Assembly (NCBI GenBank): GCA_951406725.2
Contig: OX597821.1
Span: forward strand, 74,462,001-74,526,000
Direction of reading: 5' to 3'
Length of the DNA stretch: 64,000 nucleotides
Origin: Octopus vulgaris
Lineage: Eukaryota
The notes under the pieces are model-generated. The model was not told where the DNA came from. It saw only the letters and a program-made list of their open reading frames with translations, and did not search any database. Positions 1 to 16,079 of the stretch are shown here, one piece after another. The position numbers and the translations under genes are program-made. The number at the start of each line of letters is the position of its first letter. Positions within the stretch are counted from its first letter, which is position 1.

Positions 1-301
1 ATAATATAATAACAATAATGATCGAAGCAGTTAAGAAGAAGCATATATATATATTTCTTTGATTAGTTGAGACCTTGATCACGATTAATTACTGGTACAG
101 CTGGAGAGTAATCAAACACACACACTCACACACTCACACATACACTCGAGTACACAGACACACAGACACACACGCACACACACACACAAACTCACATGAA
201 GAAAAATTGAAATGCAATTGGAAATAAATACAATAGTTTCGTAGCTTATCAAAACAGCTCTACAAATATAAGTATTTCACACACGCACACACACTAAGAT
301 G

Positions 302-341
<40 letters not shown>

Positions 342-763
342 CAAAATTAGTGTACATTTAAACTTACAGTACACTAATTTTATATGAATTTTATATGAAT
401 AATATAGTCTATTGTCTATTTTCTGCGTGCTAGGCCACTGGTAGAAAATTTTTTATAATTTTCCTACACTGTATAATTTTCCTATATATATAAATTTTTT
501 TTCATGCATACCTACATACATAAACGTGTGTGTTGTGTATGTATGCAAATATGTAAAGTAGTGAAATTTCCTCTCAGCCCTGGCATGTATGAGCCCAATG
601 GTCAAATTGTTATCAACTGTATGTTAGACCAAAATCTTCGCATGTTGCGAATGTGTTGTCATGTTTATAACTAGAAAACTGAATCGGTTATTATATATTT
701 GGTCATTATATAGTTGGAAATATTTAAATATATTTAAATACTGACAAACTCTGTCTCTCTGTC

Positions 764-827
<64 letters not shown>

Positions 828-1012
828 TCACTCACACACCCGCGTGAGTTTATGAATCTTGTATTTTGCGTTAATTACAAAGTAATACATGTAAACAAGA
901 TGAAAAGATCTCTGGGTAATTAATGTATTAATTATATGTTAGGCAATATCTATGATAATGGTGTTGGATCAGAAAACTCAGGTTCACCCACAAATGTAAA
1001 CGGCAATTAGAG

Positions 1013-1274
1013 CAGTATTTCTCAGCCCTTTTTATCGTATGACCCCTTCGATTACTATTTCATTGGGTGGACCTCAAAACTATTCCAAATTTTAAAATTC
1101 CTATATTTTTATAGTTATATATTATTAGAAACTGTATTTAAAAAATTGTCAAATTTTTGTTGTAGAAGAATAAATTATTTGTTGCGGATAAATTTTAACA
1201 AGAAAATCTTATGTGAAGGGCCACACGCATCCCGCTCTCACAAGGGCCATACGAACCCCAGTTGAGAATCACTG
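1013..1274. mobile_element. hAT/Charlie-like MITE
   Basis: Terminal inverted repeats CAGTATTTCTCAGC ... GTTGAGAATCACTG (11/14 match). Degenerate 8-bp TSD AATTAGAG/GATTAGAC. Internal sequence is homologous to the copy at 47336-47591. Confidence 0.7.
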
Positions 1275-1357
1275 GATTAGACGAAACACCAGGCGTACAC
1301 ACTCATATGTAGATATGCACTCATGAACATCTACAGACACGTACACACAAGCGCACA

Positions 1358-1410
<53 letters not shown>

Positions 1411-1429
1411 ATAATACATACATACACAC

Positions 1430-1468
<39 letters not shown>

Positions 1469-1533
1469 TGCACACAAAGTGAGTCTCTGATGGAATTCGG
1501 AGGAACAATGGAAGAATTACCAGTGTTAGAAGG

Positions 1534-1725
1534 TTTATCTTTTAACTTGTGGTAATCATTGGGCTGCGGCCATGCTGGGGCACCACCTTGAAGGCTTATA
1601 GTCGAATAAATAGTCCCCAGGATCTACTCTGGTACTTATTCTATAAGTCTTATTTGCCGAAGCGATATTCCCAGTGACGTAAACAAACCTACATCGGGTA
1701 TGAAACTGTGACAGGGGCAAACACG
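1534..1725 (-). mobile_element. SINE family A, 3' half
   Basis: Contains CTGCGGCCATGCTGGGGCACCACC, the reverse complement of the family A tail, and aligns to 29240-29430. Confidence 0.75.
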
Positions 1726-2919
1726 AAGAACACAGATACATGAAAGTATTTACATATACACATATATACACACAAATATAATTACATATGTGTGTGTGTG
1801 TGTGAATACACACATTCACTCATACGGGTGTCAACGTAATTTTCATCTACCAAATTCTCTCACAAGATATTGGTCGGCCCGAGACCAAAGGGTATCTACC
1901 TATTTTGCTATACGTACGTACATATTTACATACACATACATACACACATACATATACACATACATACATACATACATACATACATACATACATACATACA
2001 TACATACATACATACATACATACATACATCGAGAGAGAGAGGTTGGGGTTTTCAGAAAAAGAATACAAACAAATAACACATATTCCAAAGACAATCTGTA
2101 AGCGGAACAATATAAATATGCAAGATATTTCTGAAGTTCAAAATATGAATTTGTTTTTATAAAACATTTCAACGATGGGGCTCTGTATGTTTACAGGTAG
2201 ATTTCATATAATTAAAAACAGAAGAAAACAACACACACACACATACATATACACACAGTGTGTGTGTGTATAAACAAACATATGCATTAAATATAATAGA
2301 GCGTGCACGGTTATGGACTAATTAATTCTCTGTTCGTAAACGCAAATTTTGACACAAACTCGCACTCACAAACATATGCATAAATACATAAATAAATACA
2401 TACTTACACTCGTACACACACACATACGTTCATACATACATACATACATACATACATACATACATACATACATACATACATACATACATACATACATACG
2501 TGTGTGTGTATGTGCGCACATGAATGCTCACGCACGCATGAATGCGCAAGCAGGTCTTAAAATATAATTCATAGGTCTACTAAAACTCAGAGTAAGGTTT
2601 CGTAAAACAGTTGGTCGCAAAATGTTACACATTCTAAGGATTGAGTGGTGAACAGGGTGTACGACCATACTGGAGTCCACAAGTAAAAACCCTGTAGAAC
2701 CACGCCTTAAGCTGAGGGAGAGAAATAGCCCCAATATTGCCTTATTGTACAGTCTCCCCCTCCAACAGATTATTAGTAAAGGAAATGAATTCCTATAGAC
2801 AGGCGTTGATGCCTGAATCAGAATTAACAAGCAACGACATCAATTTATTAATGCAAAATAAAGGAGGAAAGCGAATAACGCTTTAAATTAAGACACACAT
2901 ACATGCAAATATGTCTGTC

Positions 2920-2921
2920 TG

Positions 2922-3007
<86 letters not shown>

Positions 3008-3008
3008 A

Positions 3009-3059
<51 letters not shown>

Positions 3060-3060
3060 A

Positions 3061-3095
<35 letters not shown>

Positions 3096-3096
3096 A

Positions 3097-3147
<51 letters not shown>

Positions 3148-3156
3148 AATCTATCA

Positions 3157-3223
<67 letters not shown>

Positions 3224-3256
3224 AATCTATCAATCTATCTATCTATCTATCTATCA

Positions 3257-3299
<43 letters not shown>

Positions 3300-3300
3300 A
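2920..3300. repeat. (TATC)n microsatellite with TCAA variant units
   Basis: Directly visible array of about 380 bp. Confidence 0.98.
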
Positions 3301-3521
3301 ATATATATATGTATATGTAAGTGTGTGTGTGTGTGTGTATACACACACACACGTACATACAACTACGTAAGCACACATACTACAAATATAGGTATATATG
3401 CATCGTGTATATTAAATTAAAAATTAATTTACAAATACATATACACATACACACACCCATGCATATAAACATACTACAAATAGGTATATATTGTATTATA
3501 TATGTATATATGATTCTCTCT

Positions 3522-3579
<58 letters not shown>

Positions 3580-3611
3580 ATATATATATATATATATATA
3601 GGTGTGTGTTA

Positions 3612-3668
<57 letters not shown>

Positions 3669-4316
3669 ACAATGTGGAGTTGTAACATATATATATGTAC
3701 ACACTTACACACAGATATATATATATAGAGTATACATATGTATACTCTATCATTTTAGAATTCAGTGTAAGAGAAAATGTCCAAAATTCTCCTTTCTAGT
3801 TTATAATTCTTCGTACATGAAATTTCAGCTCAACTTGCTGTAATTTACAATGTATTTAATACATTTGCTTTTCATTATTGTGTTCTCCATATTCAAAATC
3901 ATCGCTCTCGGGCTTTATAATACATAGATGCACACCCACATGCTCACTCACGCACACAGACACACACAGACACATAACGACAAACACATCTTTTGCCTGT
4001 GAGCGAATTCTTGTGTGCGTGTGTTTGTACGCGCGCCAACGAGCATTGGGGGCTTGTGATTACGGGAGTGAAGGCGTATCGTGGCTTGGGTTTGTCTGTG
4101 TGTGCGCCAGGACATCTGCATGTGGGGCCCTTCCGTTATAAATATAATCAATTCATCTATTTGGATTTTAATTAATGAGACATATGATATATAAATATAT
4201 ATATATATATTATATACATGTGTATATATATGTTATAAATATATATATATATATATATACATATTATACATATATATATACATACATACATATACATTTA
4301 TATGTATATATATGTG

Positions 4317-4362
<46 letters not shown>

Positions 4363-5139
4363 TATAAATAAATAAATAAATATATATATATATACTCGCA
4401 CACACACACGCTCATATATATATATATATGCATATATATTTGAGTGTGTGTGTATGGAAAATTGACCGTTTATTTAACTGTTGTGAATCGTGAAGACAGG
4501 CTTAGAGACAAACGAAAACATACTCATATATATGCATGTATACGTACATACGCGCGTACACACACACACACACACACACATACACACACACACGCACACA
4601 GACATACACACACGCACACAGACACACACCTGCACGAACCCACCCACACACATGCACGTACACACAAGAAGGCCTCTCAGACAGTTTCTGTGAAACAAAT
4701 CTCTCAAGATCTGCCCGCGGCTATATTATATCAGGAGACTCTCACCATACAAAGGTTCTTCCAAAACTCGTTGTATTTCTGATACATTAAATATCGCTTA
4801 TATTCTACACGCACGCACGCGCACAATGCCGCTGATTGTATAAATATACACGCTTACGTATACCGATATACGTCAACATAGCTATATACACGAGTCGCTA
4901 TGTATTGGTATGTGACTCTTGCCGGAAATAACTGTCGCAAGTAGCGGGTTCTGAAAATTTTACTTATGCCAAAATATATTATACATGCGTATATTTATAT
5001 ATATATATATGCATACATACATACATAATAATGAATATATAAATGTATATATATGTATATGTATAGATATACACACATACATACATACACACTAATGAAT
5101 AAATAAATATTGATATGTATATATATATATATATATATG

Positions 5140-5205
<66 letters not shown>

Positions 5206-5666
5206 AGAATTTGAATATATATATATATACATATATATATGTCTGTGTGTGTGTAGATTTATATGTATATATATATGTATACATATGTGTGTATATGTGT
5301 ATATATCTATATGTATGTATGTATGTATGTATGTATATATATATATATATATATCTATATATATGTATGTATGTATGTATAAGAATTTAAAAGTAAAATT
5401 TGGAGAGGTGTACTAATTCAATATCCTTCACTTTCCATCTTCCGAAAGTCTTCGCATGTGAATACATGTATGTATGTCTGTAGATTCGTGTAATTGTGTG
5501 TGTGTGTGTGGTCTGTGCATGTGTCGAGGTCTGTGAATGTATGTGTAGTGTATATACATGTGCTTTACTTGTATATATTTACTTGTACATATTTATATAT
5601 ATTATATATATGCGTATGTGTGTGTACGTGTGCGTGTGTATATGTGCGTATGCGTGTTTGCATGTA

Positions 5667-5724
<58 letters not shown>

Positions 5725-6085
5725 TAGTGTACATTTTAACACAAAAAGAGGTGAGTCTTAACAAGTTGCCTTACATGCTAGAAAGAACAGTAAAAAATTA
5801 AAACTACAGTTGAGAGAAATTTCGCAGGGAATAAGATAAAAACATTTACATATATCAGTGCTTTTCTATTTTAACAAACACACACACACACACATACACA
5901 CACATACACACGTACACACACACAGGCATACATACATAAATACATATGTATGTATGTATATATGACCGTTTATATTTTTGTGTCTTACCCTGTTACAGAA
6001 AAATATTTCGGGTGCGCCCGGCTGAAAAGACGAAGAAATATTCATATATATAAAATCTTATTATATATATATATACAGGCTCATA

Positions 6086-6150
<65 letters not shown>

Positions 6151-6477
6151 GTACATATGTATATATATGTGTATACAAAATATAAATATTTTATTTGTAA
6201 ATATTCATATATACACGTATATATTTGGACGTCTGTCTGTATGATCGACGCTAGATGGGTAGAAAAAATTGTCGTGATTGATAATAAATTCTCGTATATT
6301 TCTACTTCCATCTTTCATTTATCGTATGTTCTGAGTGTATATATATGTATATGTATATACATATGTGTGTATATTACTCACAGAAAATTTGATTTTTCAT
6401 GTTTTATTTACAATCTGATAATAATACAATAGAATATTATATAATATGAAATGATAGAATATTAAATGTCCATTCTG

Positions 6478-6532
<55 letters not shown>

Positions 6533-6915
6533 TGTATGTGTGTGTGTATATATATATGTATATATATAAACTTGTAAAAATATATGAATATATATATTCA
6601 TTTATATATATATGCATATATAGATGAAGATAAGCATGTATATGCACGTGTATAATTATACATAAAGATAAATATGTGTGCATATTTATACGTGCTTATA
6701 CACATGCATTTGCATATATTCGTATATATAGCATTGTTAATATATATAGATATGTGTGTGTGTGTGTGTACAGGGTCCATATGATAATTGCATAAAATGA
6801 ACATCTATCTATCTATCTATCTCTCTATCTATCTATATATCCATCTATCTATCTACCTACATACATACATAATACATACATACATACATATACGTTGTAC
6901 TTTCGATAATATATA

Positions 6916-6974
<59 letters not shown>

Positions 6975-7309
6975 CTCGAAAGTAGAACAGAAAAAGACAC
7001 AAACGGAAACCGGATGTATACATGCATATATCAGTTTTGATATATTTATAAGACCTTTTAGAAAGAAAGCGTTCAGTTTTAATTTTTTATTAAGATTTCG
7101 ACGCCTTCGTATATTTTCCTAAAATGTATGTAATAATCATTGCGCTTTGTGGTGAAAAGAAATATTAATATATACACATATTTATATATACATACAACCA
7201 TAGATGCATATTTATGTGTATACATGTTGGTGTGTATATATATGCATATATATATATATGTATATATATGCATATTAGTACACCGATATATATTCTTCTG
7301 AGTGGCCAC

Positions 7310-7348
<39 letters not shown>

Positions 7349-7364
7349 TGTAAAAATGTAAAGC

Positions 7365-7805
7365 ATTGAATCTGTGTTCTCTCCAGCGCCGCCGTGAACG
7401 ATACATCATTTGCACGATGTGGCTAACATACCACCAGCATTGCCCAAACGACCTCAACATTTGTTTCAAAATTCATCCAAGGCTGGGACCCCGGGCCATA
7501 CGTCCCCTAGCCAATTCAGGATCACAACACATAAATACACTGCAACATATTTTATTTCCTTCAACAGGCCCTGACCTATTCAACGTTGTCTCGAATTCTT
7601 TAAACGGAATCTGGACAAATTTTTCCAGGAATACCAGATAAGCCACCTACATCTGGTTACAGCTCACTCAATAAAAACTACAAACTCGAACGGACCATGA
7701 TACCAAAGAACCTGACTTAAAAAGGATTTAGCTAATCCTATCAGGTGGTGCTATTAAGTTAGACATGGCCCGGACCAATCTCTGGTTGAAACATATCTAA
7801 GTCAA
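7365..7805 (+). mobile_element. CR1/L2-type LINE 3' end (ORF2 C-terminus and 3'UTR)
   Basis: Translation LNLCSLQRRRERYII...PNDLNICFKIHPRLGPRA...GPDLFN matches the SLxRRRxR C-terminal motif of CR1-group ORF2. The 3'UTR ends GGTGGTGC..CATGGCC..TGAAACATATCTAAG and runs into (TATC)n. Confidence 0.8.
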
Positions 7806-7807
7806 AA

Positions 7808-7956
<149 letters not shown>

Positions 7957-8135
7957 CTGTATTTCTAACTTGTTCCCAATTTTTCTTCAGACACTCCCAT
8001 ATCTTTACACACCTGCTAATGCATGCTATCTGTTGCGCATCTTTTACTCATTGGCCTGAAAAGACATAAGAATATAGGTTTTAGAAAATATTTGTAGAAC
8101 TTAATAATCAGCTATACATATTCATGCGGCATCTG

Positions 8136-8270
<135 letters not shown>

Positions 8271-8412
8271 TATATAATATATATATATATATACATATAT
8301 ATAATCATATGATAAATAAAAATATATGCATACATACAAACATATATGTACGTACCTACATCTACATGTATATATACATACACACATAAATAAATATACG
8401 TATGTACAGGAC

Positions 8413-8448
<36 letters not shown>

Positions 8449-8507
8449 TGTATGTATGTATGTATGTATGTATGTATGTATGCATGCAAATAATGGTAAA
8501 GTAGACG

Positions 8508-8560
8508 CCAACGGCGGTGCCCCAGCATGACTGCAACTTTCAAGCTGAAACACTTTAGAG
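8508..8560 (+). mobile_element. Isolated SINE A/CR1-type 3' tail
   Basis: CGGCGGTGCCCCAGCATGACTGCAACTTTCAAGCTGAAAC matches the shared tail motif. Confidence 0.65.
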
Positions 8561-9106
8561 AATTAGAGGAAAAAAGTGTTTATGCTCATATACGCACATA
8601 TATGTATATATTTGTGCATATATACATATATACATATATATATATATTTATACATATACATAAATATATATTTATATATGTGTATGTATATATATACTAT
8701 GTAAATGCACACAGAAACACATATAAACATATATACATATATAAGTGCATATGTGTTTGTATATGCATGTGTATTTTTAGCTGAATTTACCCATTTTCCA
8801 CCTAAGTTACAAATGACCGTCACACTTATGTGTTTCAATCAACAGATCAACCTGTATGTATAATTAATCACATCAATTCTTTTATAAACGAAACCCCATA
8901 GACATTAATGGGATCTGCAATATCCAATTGGACTCTGAGTATGCTTTCGCACATTCCGATACATAATATGCCTACATACATGTATATGTATGTATATATA
9001 TATATATACACACATATATATATACATATATATGTATATGTATGTATGCATTTGTATGCATGTATATATATGTGTATCCCTGTGTATATGTATATATGCG
9101 TATATG

Positions 9107-9138
<32 letters not shown>

Positions 9139-9307
9139 TGTGTGTATATATATATATATACTTATATATATATATATGCATAAATACACACACACGCACA
9201 CGCACATGCACACACGCGTATATGTGTATGTGCGTGTTTGTGTTTATATGTATAAAAATGTGTGACAGTTGAAGGAGTTATTGAATGCAAGCCTGGTTTA
9301 TACACGT

Positions 9308-9347
<40 letters not shown>

Positions 9348-9421
9348 ACACACAAGAACACGCACAGAAATACACACACGGGCGTACATAATAATGTGAG
9401 TAAATATGTACATACTAAATA

Positions 9422-9458
<37 letters not shown>

Positions 9459-9493
9459 GTATGCATACATATATATATATATACTTATATATG

Positions 9494-9576
<83 letters not shown>

Positions 9577-10624
9577 ACCTGTATATATTTATGTATTAGT
9601 ATATGTAGAAGTAAGTGCGTGTACTTGTGTGTGTGTAATATTTTTCTGTACGTTTGAATGTTTACGAATAAATAGGAGACAAATGAACTTTATTATCATT
9701 TGTAAAAATACATTTTGGGTCATTGTTGCGGATTATTCTGTGCTTGTTATCTGTATGTTTTCTTAAACTGAACAGCGTTGAAACTAAAACGCTTGTTTTG
9801 CATGAGTAGTGATGCATGCGCCCTCTATCCTCCAGGTAAAAATCTCTTTTTACTATGTATGAGGTTGTTACAGATTTAGGTTGCTTAACATTCTGCCAAC
9901 AACTAAAGGCGAAAAATTGCTTGTGCAGAACCAGCGACCAAAGAAGCCTCCAGTGACACGCCACTGTATTTAATAATTGGAAGTGCTTCGAGAAATATGT
10001 AGTTCTAAATACAGAAATATATAGTCCCATGGTCGTTGTTGAAACGTCCTTCATTGTGCTTTTGCTCTCTCAGGGGTCACCTGGGTGGGGATGGTGCTAA
10101 AAGCAAAACAATCCTAATACTTACACCAACAGGCTATGGAGCGTTAAGAGAGTGTAAGATATACACAAGAATCTTGAGATTTTCGGTAGGAATTCCTTCA
10201 ACCGCAAACGGCAAGAACAACAAAAATAAGTAAATGAGAAAAAAACGAGAAAATTTGAAATGTTTTCAAATAATCACTGGATCCGTTGATTACATTTCGT
10301 GGACAGGTTTAACACGGGCACCTGGATCCTGGATGCCTGCAGTCGGATCCACATTATTGCAACCTCTGTGGTCAGGAATCCGATCCCACTATATGTAACC
10401 TATTTCTTAATTATCCGAATCACAGTCCGTGAAAGTGTCAAAGACTCCGGTCTTTTCCCACTTTGCACCTATCAGAAATTATAACATCAGCAACTACAAC
10501 AATGATAACAATAATTAATGATAATAATAAATAATAAGATGGAGTTGCTTGAGGTCTCAGGGTGAAACGTTGAAGGACTTGTATAGAACAAAGCAACAAT
10601 AACGCAAATAAAAACTGCAACAAT

Positions 10625-10796
10625 AATCCTTAGGCACAAGGCCTGAAATTTTTTGGGGGACGGAACCACTCGATTTCTGAAACCCCAGTGCGTAACTGGT
10701 ACTTAAGTTATCGACTCTGGAAGAATAAAAGGCAAAGTCGTACTCGGCGGAAATTGAACTCAGAACCTAGCGACGGAAGAAAGACCGTTAAGCATA
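10625..10796 (-). mobile_element. SINE family C
   Basis: GGCACAAGGCC...ACTGGTACTT...AAAGGCAAAGTCG..CTCGGCGGAAATTGAACTCAGAAC is the reverse complement of the copy at 58355-58560. Confidence 0.8.
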
Positions 10797-10881
10797 ACGA
10801 TGATAGCGATATCTTATATTAGCCAACAGGGCAATGGATGACGGGCAGAAGGGGACAATACAACGAGACACACACACACAC

Positions 10882-10965
<84 letters not shown>

Positions 10966-11111
10966 GTATATATAATACATATATACATACATGCATATAT
11001 ATATATATATATATATATAGGCGCTAAATTGCGATTGACACTCTGGCAGATAATGACCAGTAGTTGGCGACCATCTGTCTCTGTTTCCCGTTTGTTTGTT
11101 CATTTACTATG

Positions 11112-11171
<60 letters not shown>

Positions 11172-11460
11172 GCGTATCTATGTATATATATACATATATA
11201 CATATATATTTCTATACATATACATATATATGTATATATATATATACATATATATGTACATGAATATATATATATGTGTGTGTGTATGTTTGTGTGTGTG
11301 TGTATCTCTGTGTGTGTATGTATTTGAAATATAATTTCTTTACAAAACTTTGATTTTGTAAATCTGGTGAGTTGTTTTTAGTGAGTTCCTTTGCCCTAGG
11401 TGTTGGGGAGACACACTTAGCAATAATTGGAATCAAGATGGAAGGAAACAATTAGACGAA

Positions 11461-11582
<122 letters not shown>

Positions 11583-11997
11583 ACTGGCAACTAAGGCCAA
11601 TTTCTCATTTAGCAGATATTGGTTTATGGAATATTGCAAAAACTTATTAATTGAAGAGTTAACAAAATTTAGAATTTAATCTAAAATGTATTCTAGCATT
11701 GAATTCTTCAATTTGATCGACTTCTATATGGCATATAAGATGTCCAAAGCGTGTTTTTTGTGTGGGTGTATATATATATGTTCGTTTTTTGTGTTATAGT
11801 GAAAATGATTTTACATTAATCTGAAGAATTTCTCAATCCGTTTGGTAGACCAAAACTTTGGTATTCCTCAACAAGAATAGTATTGACTGTGACTTCGAAG
11901 TTTGGCTACCTAAGTCAAATATAACTTAGCTGTCTGAAAGGACGGAGTCACTGTCAGTAAAAAATTCTTTATATATATATATGTATAAATATATACA

Positions 11998-12039
<42 letters not shown>

Positions 12040-12092
12040 TACACACATAATACACACACTCACACACGCACACTCACACACGCACACACACG

Positions 12093-12130
<38 letters not shown>

Positions 12131-12233
12131 AATATATATACATGTGTGTATACACTCTTACACACGCGCACACACGCATATACGTATCTTGTAAGATATA
12201 TTTATGAATAATTAATATCTTTACAATAAATAC

Positions 12234-12324
<91 letters not shown>

Positions 12325-12724
12325 ATTATCATTATGATTATTATTATTATTATGACAGTTTTGTTTTTATTTAGTAGAATCTTTAGAACGTAGGAAGTAA
12401 TGCATTGGACTATTTCATTTAACTATTTGAGTGTGTTCAATTCCCAGCCGATTTTAACTTACCAAGTTCGATAAAAAAAAAATTATTAATAATAAAACAG
12501 CGAAACACTTCATTTGTTTCAATCAACTCCGGTCTTAACTTCCATCTGTGGAAGTTATATAAGAAATGTTAACTTTTTTTTATTTATATATTTATATCGC
12601 AAATTATGTTTGTTTCCCCAAGCGTTGTCTTGGCAATAGAATAGAGAAAGTATAAAAATATTTAAAAAAAAAACAGGTAGTTAATAAAAGTTTCTGGTTA
12701 CAGGTAATCTATATATATTGATAT

Positions 12725-12960
12725 GTGGAGGCGCGTGGTTTAGTGGTTGGGGTGTTGGATTCATGATCGTAAGATTGTAGTTTCGATTCCTGGACTGGGT
12801 GACAAGTTGTGTTCTTGAGCAAAAAAACTTCATTTCACGTTGCTTTAACCCATTCAGTTGGTAAAAGTTTGTTACCCTACGACAGACTGGCGTCCCTTCC
12901 AGGTGGGGGGGAGGAGGGTCTACACGCCCCGGAGACCGGGAAACCGGGAAAGATCTTCAT
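12725..12960 (+). mobile_element. SINE family B head and core with an alternative 3' module
   Basis: tRNA-like head with A box TGGTTTAGTGG and B box GTTTCGATTCC. CORE-like GTGTTCTTGAGCAA..ACTTCATTTCACGTTGCT. Tail ACCCTACGACAGACTGGCGTCCCTTCCAGG differs from the other B copies. Confidence 0.8.
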
Positions 12961-13427
12961 TCTATCTTTACCCAATATCTGTTGATTCAGAGAATCTTAG
13001 TAAAAATAGATAAGTCTTTGGAAAGTATCATATCACAAACAAAAATACGTAAACGGGACCCATGGAAGTAAAACAAAGCAAAGGAATACAAAACAAAAAC
13101 ATAATAAACGACAAAAACAACAGCACCAACAACAATAACAACAACAACAACAACAAACAAGACAAGTGGACACTTTGTCAAGATTGGGGCTGTCATTGAA
13201 AAATAGAAAACGAGCGACAGAAATGTCAATAGATAAAGTTGATATTCCAGTTGTTAGCTAATAAGTGTTTACACACACTTAAACGATTGCATTTGCGAAA
13301 CACATCTAAACACACACACAGACACGCGCACACATCCTTGCATATGTACAAATATACATTAATCCCTACATACATATATACATACGTACATGCAAACAAC
13401 TATATATATTTATATATACATACATTC

Positions 13428-13480
<53 letters not shown>

Positions 13481-13511
13481 TGCATATATATATATGTTTG
13501 ATATGTATTTA

Positions 13512-13547
<36 letters not shown>

Positions 13548-13675
13548 CAAATAACATTGCCAACGCATAACTTTTAAGCTTAGAGTCACGTAAACTTACA
13601 AATACACAGATAAGACAGAAGTATGGGTATAGTTATTATGCATTCATATACATACACACACACACACACACACAT

Positions 13676-13752
<77 letters not shown>

Positions 13753-14293
13753 GAGAGAGAAAGAGAGAGAGACACACACACACACATTCACAAACGAACA
13801 CACATATACATAAACTACATTCAAAAGCATATCGTAGTGGGAGGGAGAAAATATTTCTCCTGTTCGCCAACAACATTTAGACCCTGTGTCAGAGGAATCC
13901 AATCCGACCGTGACACTCATTACAGAAAAATCAACTCATCATTTTCTCCCAATCGTATTTTTGCACGCGCGACCGCCAGACCAACTTTACGTGCAGATGT
14001 ATATAGAGTCAAATCTATATACATACGTACACAAAGAAAAACACAAACATATTCATTGATATATTCATATACACATACATACAAACATATATATGTATGT
14101 ATATATTCATATATACATACATTCATATGTTCATATATGCATACATGCATACATATGTGTGTGTTTGTGGATATACATATTGATATGAATGTGCGTCTGT
14201 TTATATATATTTACCTACTTGTATATATACACACAAACGTATGTATGTGTGTATATTTATATATAAGTATATATATACATGTATATAAATATA

Positions 14294-14357
<64 letters not shown>

Positions 14358-14441
14358 CATAACTATATTGTACGTAGGTGAATACGTATATATATATATT
14401 TAATTCTATTGCTTCAAGATTGGCATGTGTTTGTATATATA

Positions 14442-14486
<45 letters not shown>

Positions 14487-14974
14487 CTTACATATACACA
14501 GACATATAGGAACATATACATATCTTCGCGGCGTACAAATAGATATGACCATATACGTATGTATATACAGTGGTTTATATAATTTAATGAAATAGCAAAA
14601 AGCCAAAAATATTTCTAAGGTGTAATGTAATTGGGGGCGTACTCAGTTTGGTCAGAAGTACATTCAAATAATAAATAAGGACAAAAGTACATGAAAAGAA
14701 AATATTTCGATCTGCAAGTGAAAATCCTTAGATTCAGGTAACCCGGAACATTACACATTATGTACACTAAAAATTATTATAAATTATTCATTAACACTAT
14801 TCAGGATCTCGGTCTTCCCGCTGTTTACACACTCACACAAACACACACACACACATATATATATACACACATATATATCTATCTATATATATATATATAT
14901 ATACATATATATGTTTGCGTACCCGTATATGTGCAGGTAACCACTGTATTACATGTACATATATATATATTTAC

Positions 14975-15135
14975 CTTTACTTACTGGTTCTAGTCACAAG
15001 ACTTCAGCCATACTGGGATACATTCCCGAAGGTTTTAATCTAATAAATCTACCCCAGTCCAAAATTTTAAGTCTCGTATATCCTGTGTTACCTAAGGTAT
15101 GATTTCTAAGGACGAAAAGAAAACAAAACCGGTTG
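14975..15135 (-). mobile_element. SINE family A, old degenerate 3' half
   Basis: AGTCACAAGACTTCAGCCATACTGGGATAC...AAACCGGTTG aligns weakly to family A. Confidence 0.5.
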
Positions 15136-15583
15136 TACACACGCGCGCGCACACTCACACTTACACACACGCATACACATATATATGTATGTATTTAAGT
15201 TTGTATGTGTGTGTGAGTGTGTGTGCGTGTGTGTTAGCGTGAGCATATGGGTGTATGTGTTAGTAATATTTATAGATACGCATATATGTGTATATATGTG
15301 CGTGCATATATGTACACGTCAAATGTAGGCATACGTATATATGTAAGGAAAAATATATATACATGTATATGTATGTATGTTTATGTTCATGTATATTTGT
15401 CTTTATGAATATGAATATATGCTTGTATGTATGTATCTGAATTTTTCCTCTAGAGAACTTTCTTTGTAGTTTGATTGTTGATGATCTATTTCTAGCATGC
15501 GGCATACTACCTAGCAGTCTTGCCCTGTAAATATATACATACATACATATATATATACATACATACATATATATATATATATC

Positions 15584-15647
<64 letters not shown>

Positions 15648-15865
15648 AAAGTTTTATGTTTACTACATGGATTTTCAATTATAATTTCTATATTATAGCA
15701 TATCGGCCATGTGGACGTAATAATTTATTGAGATATATATCTCCGAAGAGGTAATGCTTATATTTGCTTCTATACAAAATTAATGCCTTACGTTCCATGA
15801 TTGATATCAGGATATAACGCAGCCACGGGTGATTTTTAATCACGTGTATAGCGCTCCCACCGCAG

Positions 15866-15917
<52 letters not shown>

Positions 15918-16044
15918 ATATATATATATATATGTATGTATGTACATATATGTATGTACATATAGATGCATATATATTTACATATATGCACACGCATGTA
16001 TGTATACAAAAATTAATTCATGCGTATGTCTATATGTAACTAGG

Positions 16045-16079
<35 letters not shown>

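Noticed and set aside
2689-2702. ACCCTGTAGAACC matches the 5' part of miR-10
   Set aside because: The 3' half does not match and no complementary star arm is visible.
9662-10500. 130-aa minus-strand ORF and a nearby cluster of GGATCC sites
   Set aside because: No recognisable motif or periodicity; cannot be supported as a gene or array.
12725-12795. tRNA gene-like sequence (also at 37564, 45487, 58034 and 28992)
   Set aside because: A/B boxes are present, but there is no intact cloverleaf and each continues into a SINE body.
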